Shown here in pieces: positions 10,303 through 21,380 of a stretch of 64,000 nucleotides of DNA. Below the pieces are notes generated by a model. The model was not told where the DNA came from and did not search any database. It saw only the letters and a list, made by a program, of their open reading frames with translations. Every line of letters starts with the position of its first letter. Positions within the stretch are counted from its first letter, which is position 1. A program made the translations under genes and the position numbers. Source of the stretch: Nitrosopumilus sp. (lineage in GTDB: Archaea > Thermoproteota > Nitrososphaeria > Nitrososphaerales > Nitrosopumilaceae); NCBI GenBank assembly GCA_965207445.1, contig CBDBLX010000002.1, positions 2,103,849-2,167,848 on the forward strand. Direction: 5' to 3'.

Positions 10303-11444
10303 TGCTCTGTTTTGTAGGAATGGGAATATCAGGCACAGAATCAATGACTAAGAGTGGAATTGCTGCAATCTGTGACGCAGATATAGTATACTATGAACAG
10401 TTTACAAGTCCATCTCCACTTGCAAATACAACAGCAGCGATACAGAGCCATACAAAAGGAGCAGTAAAAGACGCAAAACGATGGATGGTTGAAGATGGTA
10501 CTGTAATACTCAAAGATGCCACAAACAAAAATGTTGTGCTGTTATCATATGGAGATCCACTAGTAGCTACAACGCATACAGAGTTGTTATGTAGAGCGAT
10601 CAAATCAGGTATAAAGGCTAGTGTAATTCATGCATCGTCAGGCCCCACGGCAGTGATCGGAGAGTGTGGACTGCATCACTACAAAGTAGGTAAGATGGCA
10701 ACGGTTATGAGAGATATAAAATCTATGACTACACCATACTATACAATATACAAAAATGCAATAGAGCAATGTCACACACTGTTATTACTAGAGTATGATT
10801 ATAAAGGAACAGAGAGCAGAGACGACGGCAAAAGTTTCTTTTTAGAGCCCGCGGATGCTTTGAGTGGATTATTAAAGGTAGAAGAGGGGCAAAAAAGAAA
10901 TGTAATATCAAATGATACATACGCAATAATTGCATCAAGAGTCGGTATGGTAAATGAGCAGCGGCAAGAGCAACGGCAGCAGCAACACATAACAGCAGGA
11001 AAAATATCAAGTCTTATATCAAAACGAGACTTTGGAGAACCACCACATAGCATAGTTATACCAGGAAATCTTCACTTTACAGAATCAGATGCAATCACCA
11101 CACTAGCAGAGTGTATAGATAAACCACCACAATCTCAAAGTGCTGCAAAAGACAACCCCAATACACCTCAACGTATATCAAGTCAGATGATCTCAAAGTA
11201 TGCGCCCATGATCAGAAGATCCATCAAAGATGTTTCTGATCATTGTAAGGATGACAAAATAATGCAAAATATTCTCGAGAATGCAGAGTTGTATGTAAGT
11301 GATGCAGAAGATTTCATAAAAAAAGAAGGGCACGAAGACGTAGCTGTTCTAAGTGTCGGATATGCAGACGGACTAGTAGATGCACTCCGAATCTTAAGAG
11401 GGCTTAACACAGGAGACACTGTAAAGAAAAAACCTTCACTTTAA
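10302..11444 (+). CDS. dph5: Diphthine synthase with a C-terminal DUF357-like domain
   Basis: GDPLVATTHTEL, HTLLLL, FGEPPHSIVIPG-LHFTE; C-terminal AVLSVGYADGLVDALR. Confidence 0.88.
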   Translation: MLCFVGMGISGTESMTKSGIAAICDADIVYYEQFTSPSPLANTTAAIQSHTKGAVKDAKRWMVEDGTVILKDATNKNVVLLSYGDPLVATTHTELLCRAIKSGIKASVIHASSGPTAVIGECGLHHYKVGKMATVMRDIKSMTTPYYTIYKNAIEQCHTLLLLEYDYKGTESRDDGKSFFLEPADALSGLLKVEEGQKRNVISNDTYAIIASRVGMVNEQRQEQRQQQHITAGKISSLISKRDFGEPPHSIVIPGNLHFTESDAITTLAECIDKPPQSQSAAKDNPNTPQRISSQMISKYAPMIRRSIKDVSDHCKDDKIMQNILENAELYVSDAEDFIKKEGHEDVAVLSVGYADGLVDALRILRGLNTGDTVKKKPSL

Positions 11445-11495
11445 AGCGCAATAATGAAAACATCAAGAGAAACTTGCACATAACACGAAAAGATC

Positions 11496-11572
11496 GTAAC
11501 CGTTCAATTCCCGTGCTTGTACTAGACGTTAAGCAGTTAATCTGCATCTGAATTTGGCAAGGGGCCGAATAC
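11496..11572. mobile_element. MITE family 1, inverted and degenerate copy
   Basis: gtaaccgttcaa...agacgttaagc...aatttggcaagggg is the reverse complement of the family consensus. Confidence 0.65.
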
Positions 11573-11694
11573 ACGATAACCTCGTTCTTCCTCTTTCTGC
11601 ATGGTTCTTTAATCAAAATATTTCATATGTTATTTCTCATACAAAAAAACATTATAAGATTGAGATTTGACACATTAATTAATCATTTAAATGT

Positions 11695-12765
11695 TCATTT
11701 ATAACAGTCAACAGGAATAATATCAATATCAACTGCAGACCCATCAGATATAGATGCAGCCTCACGCAAACACACATTTGATATTAGCTCTATTATAGAA
11801 TCATTATGATGAGTTCTCTCAAGTACTATAAGTGCACATAATATACCTGTATCATTTTTTGACATAAAGTCTGTTTTGATATTAGGATTATTGATGTGAT
11901 TTTGATGTTCAATGTTATTAGAATTATAAATTTCCCTCTCTTCTCCATCAGACATACGCTTTGTAATTGAGTGTTCTTTGAGTTGAGTTTGTGGTTGTTG
12001 CGATGGTTGCGATGGTTGTTGCAATGGTTGTGGTTGCCGAACCTGTGCAAAATCATTTACACGTAATATTGCTGGAAAACACTTTGCCCATCCATATGTG
12101 CGCTGCCCATCTGAAAAACTCTTGATCATAATTCCAGTGCGCTCAGACTTTAACCTGCGCACAATCTCCTTGTACTCACGGCGTTGAAGTTGGACATTAA
12201 GTGTTCCAGGAAATGGTACATAACCTATTTTGGATCGAAACTGCTCGGTATATCCATCAAGTGCCATATAGTATGCGCCCTCACCCATTCCAGACATCAA
12301 AACACCACTTAATGATACAGGTGTAAAATTATCAGAATCTGCAAAACTCACACTCCTTTGTAATATGTCAGTTATGCTTTTAATAGAATCGAGTCCATGT
12401 TCTGTGACACGAACAGACATGCTTCGACCAAAAGTAGATGCCACACGTTCAATCAATCCATTTTGCTCAAGATCAGTCAGATATCTAGATGCTGACTGTT
12501 GTGACTTTTTTATATTGTTGCCCAACTCAGCAGTAGTTATATCAATATAGTTATGACGTGCTCCTTTTGAGAGTAGATACGCAAGTGTAAGTATATGGTA
12601 CATATGTAACTGTTCTATGATGTTAGAATAAATAGAATCAGCCATGCTTTTTTTAATTTTAGATTCGGCAACATCATAAACAGAGTCACTATTAGATTTC
12701 GTGTTGTTGTGGTTATGGTTGTTGTTTTTATTAGTAGCAGAGTATGTTGGTTTTTTTTCACTCAA
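11695..12765 (-). CDS. ribK: CTP-dependent riboflavin kinase with N-terminal HTH (RbkR type), carrying N- and Q/P-rich inserts
   Basis: SQQSASRYL HTH; SGMGEGAYY, PFPGTLNV, ERTHH. Confidence 0.92.
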   Translation of the reverse strand: MSEKKPTYSATNKNNNHNHNNTKSNSDSVYDVAESKIKKSMADSIYSNIIEQLHMYHILTLAYLLSKGARHNYIDITTAELGNNIKKSQQSASRYLTDLEQNGLIERVASTFGRSMSVRVTEHGLDSIKSITDILQRSVSFADSDNFTPVSLSGVLMSGMGEGAYYMALDGYTEQFRSKIGYVPFPGTLNVQLQRREYKEIVRRLKSERTGIMIKSFSDGQRTYGWAKCFPAILRVNDFAQVRQPQPLQQPSQPSQQPQTQLKEHSITKRMSDGEEREIYNSNNIEHQNHINNPNIKTDFMSKNDTGILCALIVLERTHHNDSIIELISNVCLREAASISDGSAVDIDIIPVDCYK

Positions 12766-13904
12766 GATATTCCAAGCTCATTAAAGGTACGCAGTTCAAG
12801 TCCTTCTGTGTTTGAGAGCTTTGCAACTCTATGTCCAACAATATACTGAACACCAGCTTTGCGTGCAGCATCAAGTAGTCGCTGTGTAATTATCCCATCT
12901 AACAACAAGTGAACAATGTTTGTTTGTGTAGATAGTTTGTTAATAATCTCACTTATCGGCACTTTGAATACAGACTCTTCATTAGAGTCAAGTCCTACTG
13001 CTTCAAGAGTCTCGTTTATATCTTTATGAACACGTTCTGCTATAACAGCAAGTGGTTTGTCAGATACATTTTTTAGAGTCGATGGTTGGATCTCTGCTTT
13101 TATCTCTTCGGCAACTGGCCTCAAGATATCATCTATTCTCTGAGGGGTCATCTCTTCTACTTCGATATCTGGGTCAGCACGAAGTTCATAGTCCACTTGA
13201 ACAAGTGACTTTAACTCTTTTAATATAAAGCCGCCTGCTCTGTCACCATCAAGAAATGCTACCACAATCTTCTTTGAAGAGCACAATTCTTTGATGGAAG
13301 CGTCTATCTTTGCCCCTTCAATTGCAATTGCATTATCATATCCGGCACGTAAAAGATTGATGACATCGGCTCGTCCTTCTACTAAAATAATCCATTCAGA
13401 TGAAACTAGTCCAGAACTACAAGTGAGATTTGAAGGACCATATGTAGTGAGCTGAGCTTGGTCACCGTGATGAACGTCATTTATCATACTCTCGCCTTCA
13501 CTAATGGTCTTTGTAGCCCAGCGCTGTTTGATCTCTTTTGCACGCTTAACAATCTCATCTTTTTTAGCAGCTCGTATATCATCAATTGAGACTAGTTTGA
13601 ATGAAGTATCAAATGGTCCCACCTTGTCAATAGTCTCAATGGATGCTGCAATCAATGCACAGACATCAATATCAGTACTCATTGGTAGAATTACATCACC
13701 AGTTGTAGAATTTGATGTATTTGTAGCATTTACCTCAATACGACCTACTTTGGATGCACGTTGTAGTTCGTTGAGATTCATCTCAGGACCCATCAAACCT
13801 TCGGTCTGCCCGAAGATTGCCCCAATTATATCGGGTCGTTCAACGAGACCATCAACTTCGAAGGAAAGCTTAACGTGATACTTGACAATTCCTGATTGAG
13901 GCAT
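12762..13904 (-). CDS. dnaG: Archaeal DnaG (TOPRIM, exosome-associated)
   Basis: GAIFGQTEGL, LVEGRADV, FLDGDRAG. Confidence 0.95.
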   Translation of the reverse strand: MPQSGIVKYHVKLSFEVDGLVERPDIIGAIFGQTEGLMGPEMNLNELQRASKVGRIEVNATNTSNSTTGDVILPMSTDIDVCALIAASIETIDKVGPFDTSFKLVSIDDIRAAKKDEIVKRAKEIKQRWATKTISEGESMINDVHHGDQAQLTTYGPSNLTCSSGLVSSEWIILVEGRADVINLLRAGYDNAIAIEGAKIDASIKELCSSKKIVVAFLDGDRAGGFILKELKSLVQVDYELRADPDIEVEEMTPQRIDDILRPVAEEIKAEIQPSTLKNVSDKPLAVIAERVHKDINETLEAVGLDSNEESVFKVPISEIINKLSTQTNIVHLLLDGIITQRLLDAARKAGVQYIVGHRVAKLSNTEGLELRTFNELGIS

Positions 13905-14123
13905 ACAACACTCATCTCCTTTAATATCATACTGTTGCCTCTTTGAATCTGTATAATAAGTTTATTGAAATTGGATAATATGACTAAATATTTATGATAA
14001 ATATGATTTAACTTTGTATATTTGGGATGTTTGTTCATGCCAAAGCATACAAGAGTAACAAAAACAGCACAGATAATAAAAAAGATTACACACAAAATGT
14101 GTGCAAAGGTCAGAGACTATTGA

Positions 14124-14474
14124 TTATCCAGTCTCAAACGAGTGTCCACAAGAACATGACTTTGTGACGTTTGGATTGTTGATCTTAAATCCTGAACCCA
14201 TGAGGCTCTCGATATAGTCAACATTTGCGCCTTTAAGGTGATCTATACTGTAGTTATCTACAAGCAGTTTCACGCCGCCTTCTTCCATAACGAGGTCATC
14301 TTCTTCAGGCGTTTTTTCAAAACCCATTCCATAGGATAGGCCAGAACAACCACCACCCTGTACATATACGCGAAGATACTCTGGTGATTCTGCTTCCTCC
14401 TTCATGAACTCTTTGATCTTTTCAGCCGCTTTTGGAGTTACTGTTACCACCTTTTGCGTTTGTTCAGTTGCCAT
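14124..14474 (-). CDS. erpA: A-type Fe-S cluster carrier (IscA/ErpA)
   Basis: GGGCSGLSY, NPNVTKSCSCGHSF; start set at MATEQ. Confidence 0.92.
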   Translation of the reverse strand: MATEQTQKVVTVTPKAAEKIKEFMKEEAESPEYLRVYVQGGGCSGLSYGMGFEKTPEEDDLVMEEGGVKLLVDNYSIDHLKGANVDYIESLMGSGFKINNPNVTKSCSCGHSFETG

Positions 14475-14673
14475 ACAATAATACATATGATAAATTATAA
14501 TAAGCTTTTGAAGTTGCAAATATTCGCATCTGACCCACAATTTACCATATATGTAGCCATATACATAGATCTAAAAATATAGAGATACAGATTTTAGAAA
14601 AATATTCAAATCATTTACACATGCTACAACATATTATAAAAATTAGAAAAAAGAGTAGAGGGGTTTATTGTTA

Positions 14674-15438
14674 TTATTTTTTTGACTTGTTAACAAACGC
14701 AGTCATTCTTGCTTCTCTATCAGGATGAGTAAAGCAGTTGCGCCACGCCAAGAGTTCAATTGAGAGTCCAGTGTCCAAATCTGCGTTTCGACCTTTGTTG
14801 ATTGCAACCTTTGACATACGTACTCCCATCTCAGAATTTGCAGCAATTTGTAGAGCCATCTTTTGTGTCGCTTCTTGCAAATCAGCAAGTGCAACTACCT
14901 CATTTACAAGGCCGATCTCACGTGCAACATCTGCCTTTATCATCTTGCCAGTATACACTAACTCTTTTGCTTTTGCCACTCCGACAATTCTCATTAGACG
15001 TTGTGTGCCACCCCAACCGGGTGGAATCCCTATCGTGACCTCTGGCTGTCCTAGTTTTGCAGTATCTGCTGCAATACGTATATCACAAGACATTGCAAGC
15101 TCACATCCACCACCAAGTGCAAATCCATTGATAGCTGCAATTGTGGGTTGACGTACAAGTTCCACAGTCGACGTTACAAGCTGTCCGAGTGTGGCATACT
15201 CTACTGACTCATCAGCAGATATCTTTGACATGTATTCAATATCTGCACCAGCAGAAAATGCTCTATCGCCCTCACCTGTCAATATAACGACCTTGATTGC
15301 ATCGTCACGATGTATCTCAGTGAACACAGAGATCAGTTCTTTGGCAACATCAGTATTCATGGCATTGAGTTTGTCAGGTCTGTTTATCTTGACAGTACAG
15401 ATGCCTTGTTCTGATGTAGATTTTGTGACTAGTGTCAT
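14674..15438 (-). CDS. Crotonase; likely 3-hydroxypropionyl-CoA dehydratase/crotonyl-CoA hydratase of the 3HP/4HB cycle
   Basis: [35 protein letters not shown]; near the ADP-forming acyl-CoA synthetase. Confidence 0.85.
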   Translation of the reverse strand: MTLVTKSTSEQGICTVKINRPDKLNAMNTDVAKELISVFTEIHRDDAIKVVILTGEGDRAFSAGADIEYMSKISADESVEYATLGQLVTSTVELVRQPTIAAINGFALGGGCELAMSCDIRIAADTAKLGQPEVTIGIPPGWGGTQRLMRIVGVAKAKELVYTGKMIKADVAREIGLVNEVVALADLQEATQKMALQIAANSEMGVRMSKVAINKGRNADLDTGLSIELLAWRNCFTHPDREARMTAFVNKSKK

Positions 15439-15639
15439 TGTATGCGCAACTTTAGACCCACCTTAAATGTCATCGTTTTTAGAATCTGTTACATAACAAA
15501 TATACAATTTAAGAGTTGATTGTGTTGTCTTGTATTGTATTGTATTGTATGTACGATTATACGCAAAATGTAGCATAATAACACATCTGCAAATTTGGAA
15601 TCATCACTAGACAAACAAAAAACGTTTTCAAATCACAAT

Positions 15640-18381
15640 TTATGCATCCGACCTACATTTTTTACAACAAGTATGAATCTTGAGCAAACCATGTCTCTTT
15701 TCAAGTCCAAACTCTTTTATCGCCTCTACAATTAGATTAGTTTTAATCCCACATATGTGACAATATTGATTATATTTTTTCTCTCTTGTGAGTCTTATAA
15801 CATCCTCAAGTTTTGTCTGCACGTTATCGCCGGCATATATCGTCGACGAGTACCAAAGCCCATATCGTTCCTCACGATTTACAGCATCTACCCACAAGCA
15901 TAACGCATCTTTTTTGGCCTTGTCGACATCATCTTCTTTGCCTTTACCTTCTAGCACAAGTGTGACTCCAGTATCTAAATGAGCTATAAAATCAGGTCTG
16001 TATGTCCGCTCTGTATTATCTGGATGCACATAAGGAACTGCAAATCCTGACATATCTGATTTGGCCCACGATATTACATTTGAATTTCTGTCAAGTTCTT
16101 TTCCAATTGTGAGTTCTAGATCAGAGTCCGCCGTCATTATGTTGAGATGGGTCTTTTTTGGTTTGAGACGTTTTGATTTTGTAGTAAATTTACTGCCTGA
16201 CATGTCAGTTGAATCAATTCCAACAATGATTGCCTTTGGTTTGGATTTCGGATCTGATTTTACAACACTGGAAAAAATATCGCGTCCGATGTCATCACGA
16301 TAAGCCACAAGCATTTTAATTAATCCATTTTCATCAAGACGAGTCTTTACATATTTGGAGATATACCTTTTTACAATCGCAAGCATATCGATTGTACTCT
16401 GTAGAGGATTCTCATTATAAGGATTGGATTCTATCCATGGGGATGACTCTAAACGACGCATGTTTCCAATAACATCTTGTAGTATTCCATATGTGATAGT
16501 TTGGAGTCGTAGTTGTGGAGTAATTGTAGTATCTGTGGCTTTTACCCAACCATCTACAAGTGGTCCCAGATTCACAGATGTGGTAGGGGTGTGTTCAAAT
16601 TGTGTTAATTTGATATTATTCCAATTAATTTTGGTACGTATAGTTATTAGACTCTGTATCTTTGTGACTATGGGCCATCCGATACGGTGTTTTGGTCGTG
16701 TTGCATGTATTTCAACAGGAGGTTTTGAAGGTCCATTTATACCGCCGTTATTTGGTTCCATCTCAGATAATATGCCAGCAAATGGAACACCTAAAACACA
16801 AACACCTTCGGACTCAAACAACCCGTCACTGTTCAGATCATAACTTGTACGTCGCAGGCCACGTCCTACCACCTGTTCGCACAACAACTGGGACTTGAAT
16901 GCGCGTAACCCCATGATATGAGTCACTGTTTTTGCATCCCATCCTTCAGTCAACATATCTACAGATACTATATTACACACATCTTTACCAGAACTGTTAG
17001 GTTTTCCAACTGAAGATACCATATCTCGAAGATCTCGTCGACCACCCTCACTGTTGATGGCTTTGATTGCCTCATTGTCGATATGTAAGAGTGACTCTGG
17101 TTTTACAAGGTCGACATTTAATAGAAACTTGCCTTTCTTAATGTGATCTACGACAAGCTTTGCATGTTTTGTGCTATTGCATATAGTGATCATTACAGGA
17201 GGTGTGGAGCGTGCAGACCATTTTTTATTTACATTCAACCAATCAGTTCCAAGTATTTGATATGCATCTTTGATTATATTTGGTATTGATCCTTTTTTTA
17301 GAGATGCGCTCACATCTTCATGCCGATATAGATGATAAAACCGATCGCCATGGCGTGGCGTATATGGAGTCTTGACAAGTCCGGATTCTATTGCATCTGC
17401 AAGTGAGAAATCAGAGATTATCCATTTGAACATATCATCATAAGTAGCACTCTTACCTGTTGGCACAAACGGCGTAGCAGAAAAATCATGACATTGCATT
17501 ATTGTACACGCCTCATGTATGAGATCAAGACCCGACATCCATGTGCCCGCTCTTTCAGCTTCATTAGAATCCACATCAGTAGTAGTGTATTCTGATGATC
17601 TCCATGCATGATGTCCCTCATCATTTATGACAAGAACATTAGAAGTATTTCTTCCAAGTATGGATGCCGCAAATGATCTAGCTCCTTGTACTCCAAGCTT
17701 TGCCACACTTGTAGGTTTTGATCTCTTTGGTTTTAGTTGATGAAAGTTGGTTATGACAATGTGGGAGCTTCCCATCTTACTTGTATATCCTGCAGGAACA
17801 AGATCAAACTTTTCATATACATTGTCGCGATTACCAGGATATAGATCTTGGAGTCTATCCTTTACAGTCAGATTTGGTGTGACTACAAGTATATTCTTTG
17901 TATATTTTTTACCAGTGTTGAGAACCTGCCATACGATCAGCATACCCATGACAATAGTTTTTCCAGTACCTGTCGCCATCTTTGTGCAGTATCTAATAAA
18001 TGCACTACTATCTCCGGTTATGAATTTGTCAATAATGTTTGGATGCTCTGATGCATATATGATAGTCTCAATGGCCTCTAATTGACAAAAAAACAATCTA
18101 GACTCGTCACGATATCTCCAGTGTCGTAGTAATTGTTTGGTTGTTTCAGTTGAACCTGCATAATTTGATTCTCGCCATTTATCTACATATGGACGAATTT
18201 TATTGACGCTGTCAATTGAATTGTGTATTCCATACTTTCCATCCTCGGACATACTCTGGTATCCAGATGGCCTGCGACCATGGGTTTTACAATACATGTC
18301 ACGCTCTGAATCGTATTGATAATATTCTATAGGCATCTCATATGGATTGCATATAATCAGTTTGTCAATACCCTTTACCAT
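15640..18381 (-). CDS. res: Type III restriction endonuclease Res subunit (SF2 helicase + PD-(D/E)xK nuclease) with a C-terminal Zn ribbon
   Basis: MATGTGKT, NDEGHH, FSATP, MLTEGWD, EQVVGRGLRR, YRPDF...LEGKG. Confidence 0.9.
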   Translation of the reverse strand: MVKGIDKLIICNPYEMPIEYYQYDSERDMYCKTHGRRPSGYQSMSEDGKYGIHNSIDSVNKIRPYVDKWRESNYAGSTETTKQLLRHWRYRDESRLFFCQLEAIETIIYASEHPNIIDKFITGDSSAFIRYCTKMATGTGKTIVMGMLIVWQVLNTGKKYTKNILVVTPNLTVKDRLQDLYPGNRDNVYEKFDLVPAGYTSKMGSSHIVITNFHQLKPKRSKPTSVAKLGVQGARSFAASILGRNTSNVLVINDEGHHAWRSSEYTTTDVDSNEAERAGTWMSGLDLIHEACTIMQCHDFSATPFVPTGKSATYDDMFKWIISDFSLADAIESGLVKTPYTPRHGDRFYHLYRHEDVSASLKKGSIPNIIKDAYQILGTDWLNVNKKWSARSTPPVMITICNSTKHAKLVVDHIKKGKFLLNVDLVKPESLLHIDNEAIKAINSEGGRRDLRDMVSSVGKPNSSGKDVCNIVSVDMLTEGWDAKTVTHIMGLRAFKSQLLCEQVVGRGLRRTSYDLNSDGLFESEGVCVLGVPFAGILSEMEPNNGGINGPSKPPVEIHATRPKHRIGWPIVTKIQSLITIRTKINWNNIKLTQFEHTPTTSVNLGPLVDGWVKATDTTITPQLRLQTITYGILQDVIGNMRRLESSPWIESNPYNENPLQSTIDMLAIVKRYISKYVKTRLDENGLIKMLVAYRDDIGRDIFSSVVKSDPKSKPKAIIVGIDSTDMSGSKFTTKSKRLKPKKTHLNIMTADSDLELTIGKELDRNSNVISWAKSDMSGFAVPYVHPDNTERTYRPDFIAHLDTGVTLVLEGKGKEDDVDKAKKDALCLWVDAVNREERYGLWYSSTIYAGDNVQTKLEDVIRLTREKKYNQYCHICGIKTNLIVEAIKEFGLEKRHGLLKIHTCCKKCRSDA

Positions 18382-20756
18382 TTTGCAAGGCCTCTGACAG
18401 TCAGTGATTCGTTTCCACTTGTATCAATTATCTTAACTGCAATTCTTTTGTGGTGTCCCATCTCAAATGGAATTGATGTTGTATCTGAATACTTTTCCAA
18501 AAGTTCGGAATCAATCTCACTTCGTAGTGTATCCTTTAGATTTTTCCAGAGATTTGGCCTAGTTGGAAAGAACAGTTGCTTTACACGTAATGTTCTACCA
18601 TCATAGTCAGTATCAAGCATCCACATTGCAATGTTGTCTGCAGTGCCCGGCACTACCTTGTCTTGAATCGGATCATAATAGTCATATCCCCTAATTTTGA
18701 CCACATAATTTTTGCCTTTTTTTGATATTTCAACATCAGGCTCACCTACCATGTTAAAAGGCTGATCTGTACTCTGAGTCTTTAACTCTGATACAAGTAC
18801 ATCATTATTTATTAAAACAGTCTGTGCTCCTGTCGTCTTGTCTATAGTACTTTTTGCTACAGGATCAAATGCCATGGCAAAGAATAACACTTTATCAGTC
18901 TTGGATATCTCTACAAGAACCTGATCCACTTGATGTTTCCCCATGGGTCCGTGATCTGGGCCAAATGATATGGCCGTTTTCTGATCGCCGTTGTAAGCAT
19001 ACGCATGTATGGGCGAAGTGTTGTCAGAATTTTTCTCAATCTTGTCAAATCTCATAGGAGTAGTTTTAGTTGTAATGCCAGAGGTCGCAAGTGATGACAG
19101 TAAGTTGTCCCTTACTGGCACAACATTATTCTCATTGTGGATGACTGGTGAGGGTATGGACTCGACTGTAAACGGACCCGTAACACGGCTACGATTATCT
19201 TCAGTTTTTGGCTTGTCATATCTGACTATTGGTGTTTCTGATTCGTCTGATGATAATGATTTTGCAGTTAATCGCACTTGAGTCTCATATTGAAAACCAG
19301 CATCAACTCCCGCATCATTGTTAACGAGTTTGTACCATGGATATGTTGCAGTTTGTAATCTACAACGTATTGTTGCCAATGATATACGTGATGTGTCACA
19401 TGTTATCCAACGCCGTCCCCATTGTTCTGCTACATGTGCAGTAACACCTGATCCTCCGGTAATATCCATGACAAGATCTCCCACATCAGATGCCATCAGC
19501 ATGCAGTTTTGAACAACAATAGATTTGGTTTCGACTACGTAATTTTTACTGCTTAATTGTGTTCCTTCCCATATATTCAAAAATAGTTGGGGAGAATCTT
19601 CTGGATATTCAATACGATATACTCTACTTACGCCAAAATAAACTCGATTTTGATTATAAAGTACATCCAAAGCATCATGTCCTAGTCGCCATTGAGAACC
19701 TGCAGGAATAGAGTATGTCTTGCCGTTTGGGAATGTATGAGGTTTGGATCTGTCCGTGGTTGATTCCCCCTGAGAATCAAGATGAATTGTACTACACCGA
19801 CGCGAACCTTTTGGAAGATTTCCGTCTTTGGGTGCTGTAATAATGGAGCCATTTTTTAGATGAATCTGTTTGTGTGTATTTTGTATAGACTTATCAGTTC
19901 TATCCTGCCAAAGTCTATTGAATTTTACATTTTCTTTATTTTTAGCATACCACAGTATGTAATCATAAGGATTTGGTCTATCGCCTACGCCGCCGCCACC
20001 TTTTGTTCTGAATAGAATTTGCCACATAAAATTTTCAGGACCAAACACTTCATCAAGCAAGAGACGAACCAAATGTTGATTTTTAGTGGATATCTGGACG
20101 AATATTGAACCAGTGTCTGCGAGTAATTCTCTGGCAAGGGTTAATCTTTTTCGCACCATAGCCAGATACGAATGAATACCCATGCTCCAAGAGTCTCGAA
20201 ACGCCTTGATTGGTTCTGGACGTTTCTCAATATTATGTACATCATCCTTTACATGTGTATCAAATATTTGTGATTGGAAATTACTATTATATTTGATACC
20301 ATATGGAGGATCAAAATAAAACATTTGGAGGCGGCCTGCCATGTTCTCTTTTTCCAACAACGATGTCATCACCAAAAGAGAATCTCCTGCAATTATGCGA
20401 TTAGTCCATCCATCTTCATGTTCATAAAATTCTACGGCTTCATTGTGTGGTCTAGTGTTTCCAAAAAAATCATCAAGTGTTGATTTTTTTGCTATAACGG
20501 GATCAAGAATAGCAGAAGGATGTACAGATTCATGCACATGCAATGGGACTACATCAACATCAATCTTGTCAGTTTCATCACGACCATTGAAAAGAAGAAT
20601 TGGCGAGTCATGGGGATCAATTTCTGGATAGTATGTCTTTTTGGATGGACGTATGTTATCTTTGACAAGCCCAATGGATGGATTGTTTTTGCGTCGCTCA
20701 TGTTTGTGCTGATAGTCACCAACAGTGACTTTTGAGTGGCTTTTTGATCGCCTCAA
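18375..20756 (-). CDS. mod: Type III R-M Mod subunit, N6-adenine methyltransferase (beta class)
   Basis: DPPYG followed by DITGGSGVT; overlaps res; TTG start preceded by GGAGG. Confidence 0.9.
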   Translation of the reverse strand: MRRSKSHSKVTVGDYQHKHERRKNNPSIGLVKDNIRPSKKTYYPEIDPHDSPILLFNGRDETDKIDVDVVPLHVHESVHPSAILDPVIAKKSTLDDFFGNTRPHNEAVEFYEHEDGWTNRIIAGDSLLVMTSLLEKENMAGRLQMFYFDPPYGIKYNSNFQSQIFDTHVKDDVHNIEKRPEPIKAFRDSWSMGIHSYLAMVRKRLTLARELLADTGSIFVQISTKNQHLVRLLLDEVFGPENFMWQILFRTKGGGGVGDRPNPYDYILWYAKNKENVKFNRLWQDRTDKSIQNTHKQIHLKNGSIITAPKDGNLPKGSRRCSTIHLDSQGESTTDRSKPHTFPNGKTYSIPAGSQWRLGHDALDVLYNQNRVYFGVSRVYRIEYPEDSPQLFLNIWEGTQLSSKNYVVETKSIVVQNCMLMASDVGDLVMDITGGSGVTAHVAEQWGRRWITCDTSRISLATIRCRLQTATYPWYKLVNNDAGVDAGFQYETQVRLTAKSLSSDESETPIVRYDKPKTEDNRSRVTGPFTVESIPSPVIHNENNVVPVRDNLLSSLATSGITTKTTPMRFDKIEKNSDNTSPIHAYAYNGDQKTAISFGPDHGPMGKHQVDQVLVEISKTDKVLFFAMAFDPVAKSTIDKTTGAQTVLINNDVLVSELKTQSTDQPFNMVGEPDVEISKKGKNYVVKIRGYDYYDPIQDKVVPGTADNIAMWMLDTDYDGRTLRVKQLFFPTRPNLWKNLKDTLRSEIDSELLEKYSDTTSIPFEMGHHKRIAVKIIDTSGNESLTVRGLAKW

Positions 20757-20840
20757 AGGAGTCCCCTCCTGATCTTATATGTTGACGGTCCTAGATAAAT
20801 GCCGGATTTTTTGGTTGTCTCCTCAGAGGCTCTTCTCCTA

Positions 20841-20894
20841 TAGTAGGTAAGTAGTAGGTAAGTAGTAGGTAAGTAGTAGGTAAGTAGTAGGTAG
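20841..20894. repeat. 11-bp tandem repeat TAGTAGGTAAG x about 5, upstream of mod
   Basis: Direct reading: 4 perfect units plus TAGTAGGTAG. Confidence 0.95.
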
Positions 20895-20956
20895 AATATG
20901 CTTCATATCACAGGATTTTTTTACACTAACATCTAAACTTTTGCAGATAGCCTGCA

Positions 20957-21112
20957 GTAACCGTTCAACTCCTTCCCAAATTTAGACACAGATTCATCTC
21001 CTAACGTCTGGCGCAGGCACAGTAGTTGAACTGTTACTAGCCTTCAACCCCTTCCAAAATTTAGGCATAGATTCGCCACCTAACTTCTGCAGACGCAGGG
21101 TTGAACGGTTAC
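20957..21112. mobile_element. Two tandem MITE family 1 copies (20957-21037, 21038-21112)
   Basis: gtaaccgttcaac...gttgaactgttac followed directly by ...gttgaacggttac. Confidence 0.85.
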
Positions 21113-21380
21113 GTCTCGTAAGCACAAAACCTATGCACGACACACCACGATATGGTGTTAAATTAAGAGTAAGTCTGTTTTTTATCGTGAATGATATACA
21201 AAATTTCAATAAAGTAAATTCACATTTGTATCAAAATCATATTAAATAACATCAATGACACATTAACAAGCATTATATCTTTACAACAATTGTAAATTGA
21301 ATTTATGCAACAGATTTTTTGTCACCCCGCAGATGCAAAAAAAAAATAATTATGAGGATATATTAGATTGTAAATTACAT

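Noticed and set aside
20994..21209. 71-aa ORF upstream of mod
   Set aside because: Runs through two MITE copies; not a credible gene
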